Below, piece after piece: positions 37,578-50,981 of a DNA stretch of 64,000 bases. How positions within the stretch are numbered: position 1 is the first letter of the stretch; each line of letters opens with the position of its first letter. The translations under genes and the position numbers were made by a program. Under the pieces are notes generated by a model. It had not been told where the DNA came from. It was given only the letters and a program-made list of their open reading frames with translations, and did not search any database. Location: NCBI GenBank assembly GCA_030704615.1, contig CM060733.1, positions 66,836,001 through 66,900,000 of the forward strand. The letters run 5' to 3'. The stretch is from Takakia lepidozioides. Its lineage: Eukaryota; Plantae; Bryophyta.

Positions 37578-38500
37578 CAGAAAAGTATTCATTCCACGGC
37601 CCCTCCACGGCTTCTCATCGTCTCTATTACCTATTTATAGATACTTGGACCCGTTGTCACATTGGCAGTATCATGTCAAAGTCACTCCAAACTATCAAAG
37701 GTTCACTCAACCAGCTAACTTGCAGAATTCAACATGAAAATTTAGGGCCAATTGTGATAAGAGGGAAAAACATGGTGAAATATTTTGAATAAGGTGCCTG
37801 AATTTATCAATTGTACCGCTGCTGCTGCGGCTTCCAGTTGACCATCTACCCATGCAGGTTTCTTGTAGCTATCATTCCACAGGGAATCATATGTGATCTG
37901 GAGCTTGAAATCCGGCCCTCTTGGATGAATTTGAATCTGGACCCACATCTCAGGGTCGAATCTGATGAGAGGGCAAAATAGGTTGAAATAGGTCGAAGAA
38001 GAAGGTGCCCTCACCACATTGTCCTTGACCTTGTTTCATGACCCATGGAGACCTGCTAGCAGCTGACACCCCAATTCTGAATTGCATCTACTTCTCTCTG
38101 TAGTCCAATAGGCATTCACCTTTTTGTCTCCATTGTCCCACCATTGACTGGGGTCGGAAAAGTATTCATTCCAAAGCTTCTCCTCATCTCTGTTATCTGT
38201 TTTTGGATACTTTCCTGCTGCCACAATGACAATAACTTGTCAGGGCCGAGTCTGATGAGAGGGCAAAACAGGCTGAAATAGGTCGAAGAAGAAGGTGCCC
38301 TCACCACATTGTCCTTGACCTTGTGTCATGACCCATGGAGGATTTGGTCGACCATCAACCCAAAAAGACCTCTATGTGTGCTGCTTATGTCTATAGTCAG
38401 GTAATGTCGGATTGGTATGTGAGAACCACCACGGTGTAGCTGAGCAGGCAGAGATTGAAACACAGCCTGCTAAGACCAAGCTGAATCTCCCAAGAACCTT
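37578..38500 (-). pseudogene. Third, scrambled copy of the PDF-gene 5' region (no PPR part)
   Basis: DEEKLWNEYFSDPSQWWDNGDKK and IHPRGPDFKLQITYDSLWNDSYKKPAWVDGQL; segments closely similar to 17370-19390. Confidence 0.85.
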
Positions 38501-38711
38501 GTAAACATCAGGAAGAATAACAAATCATGGTACTAAGAGCCCCCATTTGCAGGACGGACAAACTTCTTCACATCGTGCATTAAGAAAAGCTACACCTTGC
38601 GATTGCTCCTGCTGTGTACTCATAAGCTGTGAACGTCTCCATCTGCGAATCGTGATCGGCCTGTGAAACCGCAATTTCGAAACACTTGGCGCGACGAATT
38701 CTATTGGCGTT

Positions 38712-38853
38712 TTTTGGGCGGGCAGTCCGGGCAGATTTAAAGAATTTGACGACGAAACGTGGCAACGATGACATGGCGATGAAAACGTGGCACTTTGGCA
38801 CCCTATTCTTGCTCTATGCTAAACTAGCTTCCGACCTTCGGTCGTCGCTAGAA
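38712..38853 (+). mobile_element. Helitron-like terminus, copy 3
   Basis: Same hairpin; CTAG at 38848-38851. Confidence 0.6.
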
Positions 38854-39753
38854 TGTGCATATTGTGGGCCCCAACAGACTAACTTGCCGGGCAAACCCTG
38901 CAGCAGACTGGCCGGGTCCGGGTAGGGGCCCTCCCACCCTCCGCGACCCCCTCAGCCACACGCGGGCCCGCCGTAGCCATAAGGGACGGACATTGAAGAT
39001 ACTAATATTGTTCAATGAGAGGCCTTATAAATTGGCCCCATACTTCTACCTACCTGTCTTTTTGGGCATGGATGAATGATTATAAGGATGATACAAAATG
39101 TGCGCGTTCGTTGAGTATCGTGGATGACAGACGATAAAAGCAGGATGAACTTAATCGTTGGTTTCCAAATGGATGAGGTTAAAGTAGCCGTTACGTATTA
39201 AGCGCCGGTACAGCTGGCTGTATTAAGTTGATATTGTCTTTAGTTAACAGTTAGATTAGGATTAGATTAGGTGAGGTGGCCTGATTATGTGGCCTAGATG
39301 GGAAGGCATCTGGCCAGCCAATGAATGGCAGCCGTTTGGCCTAGATTAGATAACATGCTCAGATACTACATAATTCAGTTTGCCCAAGCAAATAGGGTGG
39401 TGGATTTGATCTCAAGTGGTGTACGGTGTCATTGTCTTGGCGCTTGTGTGTGCATGATCTCTTGGATGAAAGTGTGTTGGCTAGTGTGCATGGTTGTGAT
39501 AGATCCCATCCTATCTAGCAAGTCCCTGTCCTACTGCGCTACAACCCCCTTGTTGGTAATACCCGAACAAAGAGGGGAATATATCCCCGCCCCCTGATCT
39601 TGCTTCACAGGCTACCACTTTAAATTAAATTAAATTAAATTATTTATTCCGGCTGATATTACAATTGGAATACCACTGGTTGATAACCTCGGCAAATTCA
39701 AAATCCTGGATCTATTGAGAACCAACGGATATCAAAATTTGTGAGTACTCTTA

Positions 39754-40947
39754 GGCCCCGGCCGCACCGCGCTGCTAGCGTAGAACACTAACGGCTTAGC
39801 AGGCCCGTTTTCCTAACAGCTACTCCAACTAACATTATCGCTGCTGCACTGAAAAGTTACCGTAACAAATGTTAGCGCGAAATTTTAGTTTTAAGCCATC
39901 GTTCGCTGCCCGTGCCCATTTTCCCTCGCCAAGTCTGCTCGCCGGTTTTCCTGGCTCTCCTCCTTCCTCTACGCCATAGCCGAAGGTAACCAGTTTGCTC
40001 TTTTGCATTGGCAGGCCAGCGATCAGTAGAATACTTGGGCTTCGGCGTAGTCCTTGAAAAAGGTTGTCTCGTCTAGGGCATATTTCTCTGCATACGTTCT
40101 GAAGTCTGTGTCATCAAAGAGGACGGTGTCAATGGGTAGAACCAGTAAATCCTCGTCTTTCTTCTCCTTGATCTCTCTGAAGTATGAGTTGTCAAACTTG
40201 AGCTATTCTGGTGTCCATGAACTACCTCCAGGCAATCCAGGCCCGTCTTTCGTATACTTGGTGACTGGTTTCCCCCAACCGCTACGCTCAGGCCGCGAGC
40301 GTCCCACTGTGAGCGCACCTCAATGTATAAATATTTCTGACGTCGTCTTGGTAAGATCACATCCAATGACAAAGCCACGATCTCCCTGTCACCTAAGCCC
40401 ATTCGATAGAACACATTGCGAAGATGGGATGCATGACTTGGAGGACCGGCGTCAGGTAGATTACCCTCCTTGATACAGTCTTCATGAGGTCCAGATGTAT
40501 CAATACGTCCGTACTTCATTGGAATTTTGGGCCCCTGGCATCCTCAATGGCAATGGCGCTTGCAAGCTGGAAAAGATCTGCATCTGGGAAACTTCTTTTT
40601 CACTGGCTCAAGCAGCTTCCTTCTCTTTGAACCCAATGGCAGTGAGCAAGAGGAACTACGAAGCAGCGCGAGAGAGGGAACGCGAAGGAGAAGGAGAGGC
40701 GAAAATGGCGAAAATGGCGAAACTGCGAAATGGCGTGGGCAGCTACCCGAAAACAGCGCGCCAGTTTAGATTTAGCACGGGGGGAGGTACTGCTAAAAGT
40801 CGCCATAAACTATGAAGGATTAGTTAATAGTAGATAGCAATAGTTAGGGCTAAAACATTAAAAGCAGGCCAGTGCGGCTGTACTTTTGTAGTTAGCAGTA
40901 GTTAGGCACTAGCCTAACATACGTTAGCAGTGCGGTGCGGCCGGGCC
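39754..40947. mobile_element. Non-autonomous TIR DNA transposon (PIF/Harbinger-like ends) carrying a gene fragment
   Basis: TIRs GGCCC(C)GGCCGCACCGCrCTGCTA at both ends, flanked by TTA and TAA. Confidence 0.8.
40040..40519 (-). pseudogene. APX: Plastid-type ascorbate peroxidase fragment captured in the TIR element
   Basis: [37 protein letters not shown]; [57 protein letters not shown]. Confidence 0.88.
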
Positions 40948-41714
40948 TAATACTATGGAACCGAAAAGTAAAAATGTTTCAATAGGAGGATGCGGCTGGT
41001 ATTAAAAAAGGTAATATCCACCCAACAATGGTCACTTCCAAGTGCAATTTGGATTCATAATAAGTCAAGACACTGATTGTGATCTGCTAGGAGAATTTTT
41101 GATAAAAAGATGTAGAACTAGAATATCACATCACCAATCTACTTCAAAAGAGTTTTGGAGTACTTAGTGGTATGACAATTTCGTAGTATTTACTCTAGTG
41201 GGATCTGCGTATTCAATTTGTTTGGAAGCCTGCCACCAGCAAATCACACTGTTGACTGGGTATCTTTGCGTCCACAAACTTGGATGCAGTTTCCAGTACA
41301 AGACACATCGCGGGGCAGTGTCCCTTTTGTTCCACTCCATGCCGCTTCTGTACAAGGTTATTTTTCCTTGGTTTTACCTATTAATAAATTTCCCAGGGCC
41401 TCTGTCCCCTGTTTTGCCACAAAAAAAAAAAAAAAGGACACAGTGGCACCCATAAACGAAGAACAGAAGTTATTGCCTACCCTATTGTGATGGGCGCAAT
41501 CATGGGACCGAAAGTGTTCAGGAAGACAAATTCTGACACAACCAGACTGAACCACTCATAAGTAGAGAACAGAACCCAGTCTGTGATGCTCCCGAACTGA
41601 ATTAATAATATGCCACCGAGTGCCAACAAATAGCACCGCCCTCGTCAGCCACGGAATTTCACGCTTAAAAATACCCTGCATGGGTTAGCTAAGAATTCTT
41701 TTCCCCCAAAGAAT

Positions 41715-44700
41715 CTAAGGTATTGGTGATTCAACTTGCTCAAAGTTGAAAACTCTATACATAAGCCGCCGCACTTCAGGGCGGCCGTACACCACATAGC
41801 CGAGGCCATGAATTGCCTGGGACACAGCAGTGGTTGCAAAGTTCCGAAGACGTCGAGCTCTGTCAAAAACCTCCTTGCGTTCATCAGCATATATGATAGA
41901 GTACTGTAGCTTCTTATCACGGAGATAGCGACCACACAAACGGTTCATCAACAGTCGCCGATGTTTTTCCTCCAACCACAAGCCCGGCCCATCCAAATGT
42001 TTCATCAACAGTTTCTCCGCCATGATCACGTCCTGCAAGGGCAAACATATTTCAGCACAGCTGAACACTCTAATTGTATAATATTGGACGTGCAAGTTCA
42101 TATGTTGATCAGTTCCGTCTGACTTACAGTCACGTATTGACTGAGTCCCAGAAAAATTAGGTTGTCTAACCTGCTGGGTAAGTACTTGTCCAAGTCACCT
42201 GTATGCCTTCTGAAGTAGTAGTATTTGCAACGAAGTTGCCTAGGAGGTTGGAGCTGCTACTTTAAGGGTAAACTGTGCAACATGTTCTCACAATTAGTTG
42301 AATATTCTCATGATAACACGACGCCACAAATCATCCTTCAGTCACTTGGAAGTGGTGACCTAAATTTTTACTCATAGCCAAAACAACTAATGAGAGATGT
42401 AAAATGTACTTCTTCAAAGTACCCTTGCAGTAGGCATTCCCAGTTTCGATGGAGAAAGAGAGGGAGGGAGAGGGAAGAGAATGGAGAGCAGAATAGGGGC
42501 ACTGCAGTCACTGACAAGTTTGCTCCAGTAGCAATATCTACTTTCGTAGGTCAGCAATATTGTGTGGTTCACAACCTTAGTAGCAATTGGAGCAAATTTC
42601 ATGAAGATAGAGAGCAAGGGGCTGGAGAGAGGGGCACCTGGATCTTTTGCCCCAAATACTCCAGGCGCTCATTACAAAAACGTGGGTGCTCCAGCTTGTA
42701 TGCCGATGGGTGTAGAAAACACAACTGCTCTCAACACCAAAACAAACCGCATAAGACTTCAACCCCTTTCCTAACTGAGCATTAAAGAGGATATTCTTCT
42801 TCCTAAAACCCTTATGGGCTGTATCTACAGCTGCAACAGCACCACAGATAAAATGTCCCCGAAACTTAATCAGCAGCTCTGAAAGACCAGAGATGAGGGA
42901 ACTGCACATTCCCTTTTCCTACAGGAAGTGACGCACCTGAAGACCAAGCTCTAATTCAACCTTGCGAGCAGCTGTAGCTTCCGGACTGGAGTCACCTACT
43001 CGGAGAGGGTAGCCTAATGCTCGCATCACAATGGGCAAATTTTCACCCTCCCACACATTGCCTCGAAAGCGATGCATTCCAGGAGGTACACATGCTCGAA
43101 ATAGCCTGGGCTCCGCAAACAGAGTACCTTCAGGAGGCTGCAGCAGCAGAAGTACCATAGGAGAACAAAAAGCGGGAGCAACAGTAAGATCATGACAAAT
43201 GACAGGTTTAATCAAGTTTATATCTTGAAGATCCAAAACAGAAGAAAACTTGCATAATAGCTAAACCAACTGTCTCGGGGCATTCTGAATATTCCTTAGA
43301 ACCAAAAACACGACCTGCCAAGGCATATGCGCAGACAACTAGAATAGCCCACCTCTCAGTGTGTAAGGTAGCAAAAGAAGCATCACAAGCCTCTACCATG
43401 TTATTGGCAGTCCATATGCAGCTAGAACATGCAGCATGACAATACGTTATTTTGTCTCAGCTTCTTCCCAAGAAATAGACTGCAAAAACTGATCGCCATG
43501 TTTGTCTCCATCTTACTTCAAAGGGTCTATGGCCACAAGGCTACGGCAAACAACGTCTGATGAGTACATTTTTTTCTTACTTCAAAGCACAACACAAGAA
43601 AAGACACTGATGACTGAAATTGTGAAATGAATACCTCTGACAATAGATTTGATTTAAATAGACGCACTATAAGCAAGTGGTAAATGAAAGATGGCAATTG
43701 AGCATTATCCACCAGTGGATGAAATTGTGTAGTTCACTGCGTTAGCTAGAAGATATTCAACAGCCGTTCATTCGGAAGTGTATGGCTGTTGGTCAAATGG
43801 ATAGCTTACACGTACATAGCCAGATAATTTAGACCAATGTAAGCTGGTGTTGTGTTGATGAGAAGGTAGAACTCTTGCTCTCTCCTCTCTCTCTGGGGCC
43901 CTTTTTCACAATGCAGTATGCCTGCCAGTGTAGTACAGAAACAAAACGTAACACGTCCATTGAAGATAAGGCTTGTGGTGGAGTGCTACCCTACAAACTG
44001 GAATAGTGATTGTCTCTTCTGATTAAACGTCCATGGAAGACCTTAAATTACTGTTCCCTCCCCTGCAGCTAACTTCTTGTTGGTGAGCCTTATTGATTCC
44101 TGGTTGAGGTTCATAACCAGGAGGATTAGCACCCCACACAACTGGCTGCATAAGGGTTGGTATCCACCAGGGACAAGACCCTCAAGAATACGGTCGAGCC
44201 AAAATTCTCTTACAAAGTACATGTACCTCGCTCTCTCCTTCAGGAGCAACATCTCTCATCAGATATGAATCATTGTCACTCATTAAAACTCTTAAGAACT
44301 TCCACGCATTTTTGGGCAATGCAGATGCAGACCTGGTAGAATGCAATATCTTGCCAAGTTAACCTCTTGCCATCGAGCTCTGGGGAGAGGAAGTCTTCAT
44401 CCTCCAGGGCCCTAAGCTTGGGCTGGCAGCTTTTGTCGTCAACATCCATGCCAAAGACCTCAAATAGCAGACGGTACACCTCTGGCATCCCCAGTGTCAA
44501 GTATAAGGCTCCAATTACCGCCCAGAACACTGATCTGCAACCAATTCAGACCTCCGTTATAACCATTTCCTTGCTACAACAACCCGAGAGCTTTGGTATC
44601 TGCATCTAAAAATTTGAGGCATGACTACCAACTATGCTAGGGGTGAAGCTGCTAGTACCAGCTGTTATTCAGCATAACATACAGCACTTTCTCATACAAT

Positions 44701-45772
44701 GCTTTGATCGATATCCAAGTTGCAAGACATCTGGCTTAATTAAGCCCTGAAACCCTCCCCTAATTCTCAGTAAGGGGCATTACCCCCCCAAAAAACATAC
44801 CTGTAAGGACGTAGAAAACATCCACCACTGGAATATAGCTTCATTTCTCAGACAAATTGCCCAAGGGTTGAGGAGGGGATTGTTCACCCACTTAGTCAAG
44901 GCCTTTCAATTGAGAACTTCCTCAAGTCTGGATCTGCGTTCAGAAACTGGGATTATTAGTACTTACCTGACAGCCGGTTCCCGAACATCTCTCTTCTGGC
45001 CATCCATGTCTTCATCGGGGAAGACAAGGCGATCCATGGATGCTGCCTTTATCCACTCGGGCAGCACTTTCTTACTTGTAAGCCCGAAAACACGTTCCCT
45101 TAGACTCCCGGTAGTCTCCCTCGGAAACATTTGCAGGAAGAGCTCTGCAAGTGCAAGCTCCACCACATACTGCCCTAAAAACCATAGCCGCGAGTGACCG
45201 GTCCGGATATGGGGGGTCCTTCTACCTCTTGCACTTTCACTGTGTTGGAAGGCAAGGTAGAGCAAAGAATCCAAGTGCTCCCCCTGGGTGCCCTCCTCCG
45301 CCTCATATGAAGCTAACCCTAATGCATCTTTTGCTTCTAAGAGATTCTCGTCCATCCATGCATGATCGTACCTGTTGAAGGGAGCCGGCGGTAAACAGGC
45401 ACTTAGAAGAGGGAATGACTTCAATGTCAATTGAGGACTGTTCAGGAATTTTTCCGCCAGTCGAGTGTCGTCTAGAGGAGGCTTGAGAAGCACCATCCTT
45501 TTTCGCGGTTTCGGAGGCCCCTTGGAGCCAGCACCTTTCTTCTGGGTTTTCGCAGCACCTGTGACAGCCACAGATTGCACACAAAAGAATCTCTTGCAAG
45601 AGCCCCTCGATAGTGGGAACCTACTCTTGAAGAGGAGGCTCCTCAATACGGTGGCCGCTGAGAGAGATTGAGAGAAAGACAGGCGTGAGCAGGGGCATCT
45701 GAAAAGGGAGGAGAAGGTGGGGGGGATGGAGTGTGGGGAAGCCGACAGATTCCACACTAATGGCGGTGCCAT
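41715..45772 (-). CDS. RNC1: Chloroplast RNase III-domain group II intron splicing factor RNC1
   Basis: Exons 45772-44967, 44534-44333, 43137-42937, 42724-42638, 42032-41715. HSRLWFLGQYVVELALAE..LRERVFGL; LCFLHPS..EHPRFCNERLEYLGQKIQDV. Transit-peptide-like N-terminus. Confidence 0.9.
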
Positions 45773-48217
45773 TGAGCTGGCGTGGGTGCCCAAAACACAG
45801 CATGAATGCTGCAAACTATTCCAAAACCTTCGATTTTAACATCCACATTGTCCAACCATTACCCAACCAGATCCCTCTGTAACCTTAAACCTCCTCTCGC
45901 GTTTGGAGGACCTTGTCTCTCTCTCCCTCGCTGGGGTTTATGGCTTTGCCCACACTGACGACGTGCTTAAGTACCTACGGATATCACCTGTACATATATA
46001 AGTATGTACATAGTATTGTACTTATATTTTTCTCCGTAACTAAGGATGAAACAAATGGATGGATGACTAGTAAAGTAGTTTAGGGATATGTGCTTATCCA
46101 GAGCCACGTGGACTCAAGCCAATTGGCTTCTTGACCACGTGGGATCATGTGACTAGTCATTGGGCTATAAGAAAAAGTATGATGATAAGAGTCGGAAAGT
46201 GACCAATCGTTGTAGGCCCCCCAGTTACGCCTTACCTCTGGTTAACTTTGGACCACCAGTAACTTTTAAAACGGCGCTACGAACTTACCCGATTATTTAA
46301 AATACTGTTTTTGGTGCCAGATATAAATATGGCCTGAGCGTAAATTTGTGAACTCGGTACAAGAAATTCCTAAATAAATAGAAATATATTAAAGCAAATA
46401 GGAGGACCGCCAAAGAGGCCTATTATAGCCCGGCCACCGGTAATCACCTATACCCACAAGCCCTATCCACTTAAAGGCCAATCAGAACGTCATATTTGGG
46501 ACTGCTACCGGATAAATGTAGCCACGAGGGATGACGACTGGCTGGAGCCGGCTTTTTCCAGAAACGAGAATATTCAACGGCGGAACAAGTCCGTTAGATG
46601 CAGAACGGACGATCGAAGGGGTGCCACGCTGGACCCGCGATCTTAGGGTTGTGCACCCTCACGACCGGCCCTCCCGGCGCCGTCGATGTTGGATGAGACA
46701 GCTACGATGCGATCCATGTGGTGTATTGTGACTGAGTGAAACGGTGGGAGTCAGGTAGTGCCTGAGTGGCTGGGCCCGGAGACCCGTCAGTCGTCTGACA
46801 CGTGCGCGGTTACCAAGGCGGGTGACCCCAAAGCTGGGATGCTTTTTCGTCGTCCCAATGGGTGTGACCCACAGCCTGCCTCTCTTTTCATCCCATGTCT
46901 GTCGTAATTTTGTGATGGATGAAGTCTGTTGGTCATTGAAGTTGGAAAGAAGTATGCCTATGCCAGGGTTGGACGAGTTAAAGTGCGACACGTAGGATAG
47001 GGGTGAGGGCACTTTTGTCAGCCTGTTGGGAGAGGGGGTGTTCTCGCTCGGCCCCCCGCGCGCGTGCCGGGGCTCGTCTCGCTGCTGCCGAGCCGGGCCC
47101 CCGCTTGCAGAGCTTTCCGTCTGCTTCTCTGGGCTATGGGTATCTTGCTCGGGTGCTGGAAGGAAAGCTTGCAATCCAGATTCAGTTTCCACAAATTCGT
47201 CGACGTGACCACTCTAGTGTGCGTATTCTTTTGCTTCGCTTAGGTAGTTTCTAGTCGCGTCCTTGCGTTCCGTATCTTCTTCGACTTTGACTCTACCTGT
47301 CCTCGTGGGCCTTCTTTCTCCTCCCAAACGACGATAAGCCTGTAGCGGAAGTCTAACTTGTAATTCTCTATGACTGTCCCAATACGTGCCTGGCTCCTTC
47401 GGCTGGAAATCTTTTTTGTATCCTCTGTATTCTCCCTGTAGAGAGAGCACTGTGCATAATATAGTACTAGGTGTAGAATTCAAGCCACTGCATACGGGTA
47501 GTGAAGTCGTGAAATTACGTAAAGGATTTTCAAATCGTGAAGCCAAAGAAAGAAAACACTGGTCTACTGCTGGGCTAAGAAGATTAGCAGGGGCATGGGT
47601 GGTCCCTTGGATTTCCATATGAAGAGATGTTGAGGGAGGAAGGGGTGAATTCTTCGGAGAAGCTTTTGCGGCAGGAGGAAGGGGTCTTGAAGACAGAAGT
47701 GCACGACGTTGGGGAGCTCGTGGTGAACTTGCCTCTGTGATCATGATGATTAGGTTGGCGTACCTTGAAACTTCTTGGAATTGAACGTATGCACCGGGAT
47801 TGTTGGAATGGAGAATTGAGGAATAGAAGAGAAAGGAGCTTCACAAGTCCTCAGGTGTTGGGAACATGTACACAGAGAGAAGTTTGTCTTTGTGAAGGAT
47901 GTTGAGGCCTTGCCCGTTCTGGTAGTTGGCGCTCTTGGGTTCCTTTGCTCAGTCAGTCCTACTTAGGAGTTGTAAGGAAGTCGACGGTGGCGGACAACTG
48001 TGCCTCAAGCGTGTAGGGGCGGGAAACTCACGATTGCCCGCCAACGAAAGAGACAGGGTGTCTGCAGTCAGGAAAGTTCAGGCAGTGATAGCTGCAGAGA
48101 TATCACAGCAAATAAAAGGTTCTTAGTAGAGTGGACGGTTTGTAGATTGCAAAGAGATAGGTTGACGATTGCCGGACAACAAAGGGAGACAAGGTTGAAG
48201 TTCAGAGGTTGACAGCC

Positions 48218-49902
48218 ATGGACCATCAACCCATGGGGATGATGGGGGGCCAGCAGCCGCCAATGCAATATGCTCAAAACCCGCCCATGCAATCGCAGTA
48301 TCAGCAGCCCCAGCCCATTGGAGGACCAGTAGCGTCACCTCCTCCTGGCCAAGTCCAAGGTCAGTCACCAGGGTACGCCCCATCTACGCTAGCCCAGCAA
48401 CAGCAGGCCCAACTGAGCTTCCAACACATGCAGCAGCAACACCAGCAGACGCTGCAGATGTTCTGGGCAGGCCAGATGCAAGAGATTGAGGCGGTTAGTG
48501 GGTCTTCTTTTCAAATCCTTGACCTGTTTTTTGAAAAGCTGCAAGCTTTGGTATTCTGCTTTGAGATTGAAGTGGCTGCGGAGAGGACAGCCTGCTGCAT
48601 ACATGCTCTGTGTTGCAGGCTCAATTGAGGGTTGGTGTCTGCTGATTGCAGGGCTGTTGTGGGAAGAGGTTTGTGGGCTGTGAATATGAGGGGAGGTGGG
48701 CAAGAAGGGATGTGGAGTCAAAATATGAGCACCATTGATGCAAAGTAACTCCAGCATATTAGCATGGACCACCAGAAGGAATTGTCCTTGCATCCCATTT
48801 TTTTTTACTGCAAGAGCCCTAGTAAGGAGGCATAATGAACTCAATTTGAACACAAAATCCATGTACTATACTAAATGGCATGGGGTCTATGTGGTGCTCC
48901 CAGTGAATGCTTGCCCAATTGTGGCATAGCCCACCTTTCAGTCTAAGCTTGAGCCTCGAACTTCAGGCAAGTATTTCGGCGGTTGTGGTTGACAGCATTC
49001 TGCTGAATCACCCTAAAAACCAATTGCAGAAAAACATCTGTGTTTAAAATACTGTCTGCATACTACCGACGTCTCCATCACAAACAACTATAAGATCTGA
49101 AATCAACCAACGAATCAAGCCCTGAGTTAGTTACCACTTAGGGATTTCATCTAATGAGGTGCTGTGTGGGACCCGGAATTTCCTTACTGACGCAGAGATC
49201 ACATAGAGTCTGTTTACTGCACAGCCTTGTAAACGATTGACCAAACCTAGTTTCACAGTTGGAAGATGATTCAAGTTTTTGCAGTGGTACTGAAGGTGGA
49301 CATGAAGTTCTGCTTTACAGGTGAATGACTTCAAGAATCACCAATTGCCACTGGCTCGGATCAAGAAGATAATGAAGGCTGATGAGGATGTGAGAATGAT
49401 ATCAGCTGAGGCCCCTGTACTGTTTGCAAAGGCGTGTGAAATGTTCATCCTTGAACTCACGCTGCGCTCATGGATTCACACAGAGGAAAACAAGCGCAGG
49501 ACATTGCAGAAGAACGACATTGCAGCAGCCATTACGCGCACAGATATTTTTGACTTTTTGGTTGATATAGTACCCCGTGACGAGCTCAAGGATGAGGGTC
49601 TGGGAGTCGTTCGAGGAGCGATGCCTGTTGGAAGCCCTGGAGAGCAAGTTGCGTATGGAGGTGTGTACTACATGCCCACTCAAGGACAAACAGGTCCAGT
49701 TCCGCCACAAGCCATGGGGTCTCCTGCCATGATGGGCTCACCAGCAATGATGGTGGGAAGGCCAGGCATGCCAATGGACCCATCCATGTATCAACAGCAG
49801 CGCCCTCCAATGCAGTACATGCCTCAGCAGCCTATGCAGCAGATGTGGCAGCAGCCTCCCCAAATGTCGAACTCGCAACCAGGGATGCCTCCAAACAGTT
49901 GA
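48218..49902 (+). CDS. NF-YC: Nuclear factor Y subunit C
   Basis: Exons 48218-48493 and 49321-49902 (phase 0). Histone fold [30 protein letters not shown]...[13 protein letters not shown]. Confidence 0.95.
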
Positions 49903-50774
49903 CAGACAGCATTGTGTTTGGGTTGGGGGGGGGTTCAATCTAGACTTGGGTCGGCATACAGAGGGTCGCTAGCTAGAATGGGTTGTTTGAGAGAAGATAT
50001 TCTGTTGGAACCAAAGCAGGAACGCAATTTGGAATCCTGTTTTTGTGTGTTCCGTGTGTGGCTGAAGTTTGAAGGATTGAGCATTTTGGTCCTTTGAACA
50101 TGTCTTGTTTGCAGATTTTTTTTGCCTGATTTTGGGCATTGTACTCAGAGACATTTCGACCTCGCAGTGATTTCTTTTGTGTCAATTTATTTCAGGAATC
50201 AGCTGGGTCGCTGATTTAACTTGATCAAACTAGAGAAGGGGTTTTGATTGCTTCCATGTTCTTCGATCAATTCTACTTTTGATTTCTCCTCTTATCTTCT
50301 CAGCTTCATGATTGTGTCATCTTCAAGAACAACATTGTCCTTTCCATCTCTTTTATCTGGACAGCTGATGGATCTACCATCAACGTTATGTGTCAGACCA
50401 GTTCCGGGATGCTGGCCGTAATGTAGTCAATTCTCACAGGAAGCAGAAATTGCAAAAGCTATTCATCTCTCCCACTGAAATTGGGATACACGGTAGCAGG
50501 CAGTGCTACTGAATCGATGCTGCCCCATCGCACTGACAAAGCAAAGCAGACCTTTGCCTCGCACCCCTTCTCCTTCAAAACACTCGTCAGCTCTTCCGTC
50601 CGTCTTCAACTCTCTTGCATCCTCCACCCAAGAGAGCACCAAACTCTCGCTATTGCAACCATTTTGTATTTGCTTTCATTTGTTTGAAGGGAAGCCACAC
50701 CTCTACGCAAAGACAGGGAATTGAACCCACGAGCATAAAAGACCCCGTCTCACAAAAAAACGAGAATTTCAAAA

Positions 50775-50783
50775 TTAGGGTTT
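50775..50783 (-). promoter_or_regulatory. Telo-box (AAACCCTAA) upstream of the ribosomal protein gene
   Basis: TTAGGGTTT about 200 bp upstream of the RPP2 ATG; typical of plant ribosomal protein promoters. Confidence 0.6.
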
Positions 50784-50981
50784 CGAGCGAGGCATGGAGA
50801 CGTAGAGCCGTCGGATGGGGAAAGGACGATGTGGAGCGTGCGATGGAGGGCAGAGCGGCGCAGGGAAGAGCGAGCGGGGCAGCGTTGTCCCGTCTCTCTT
50901 TCGCTCGCGAGGTATCGACTCCGTCATAGCTCGACCTCTGTCCACATCGCCGCCGTGTGCCGCTCTAAGTTTCCAGGCAAT

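Noticed and set aside
38863-39609. Solo LTR (TGTG...CACA)
   Set aside because: There is no TSD and no second copy in the window to support the boundaries.
46100-46500. CCAAT boxes implying NF-YC autoregulation
   Set aside because: The pentamer is common by chance and the TSS is unknown.
46531-48200. Several 60-177 aa ORFs upstream of NF-YC
   Set aside because: They have no domain-like features and are better explained as GC-rich 5'UTR/intron and antisense frames.
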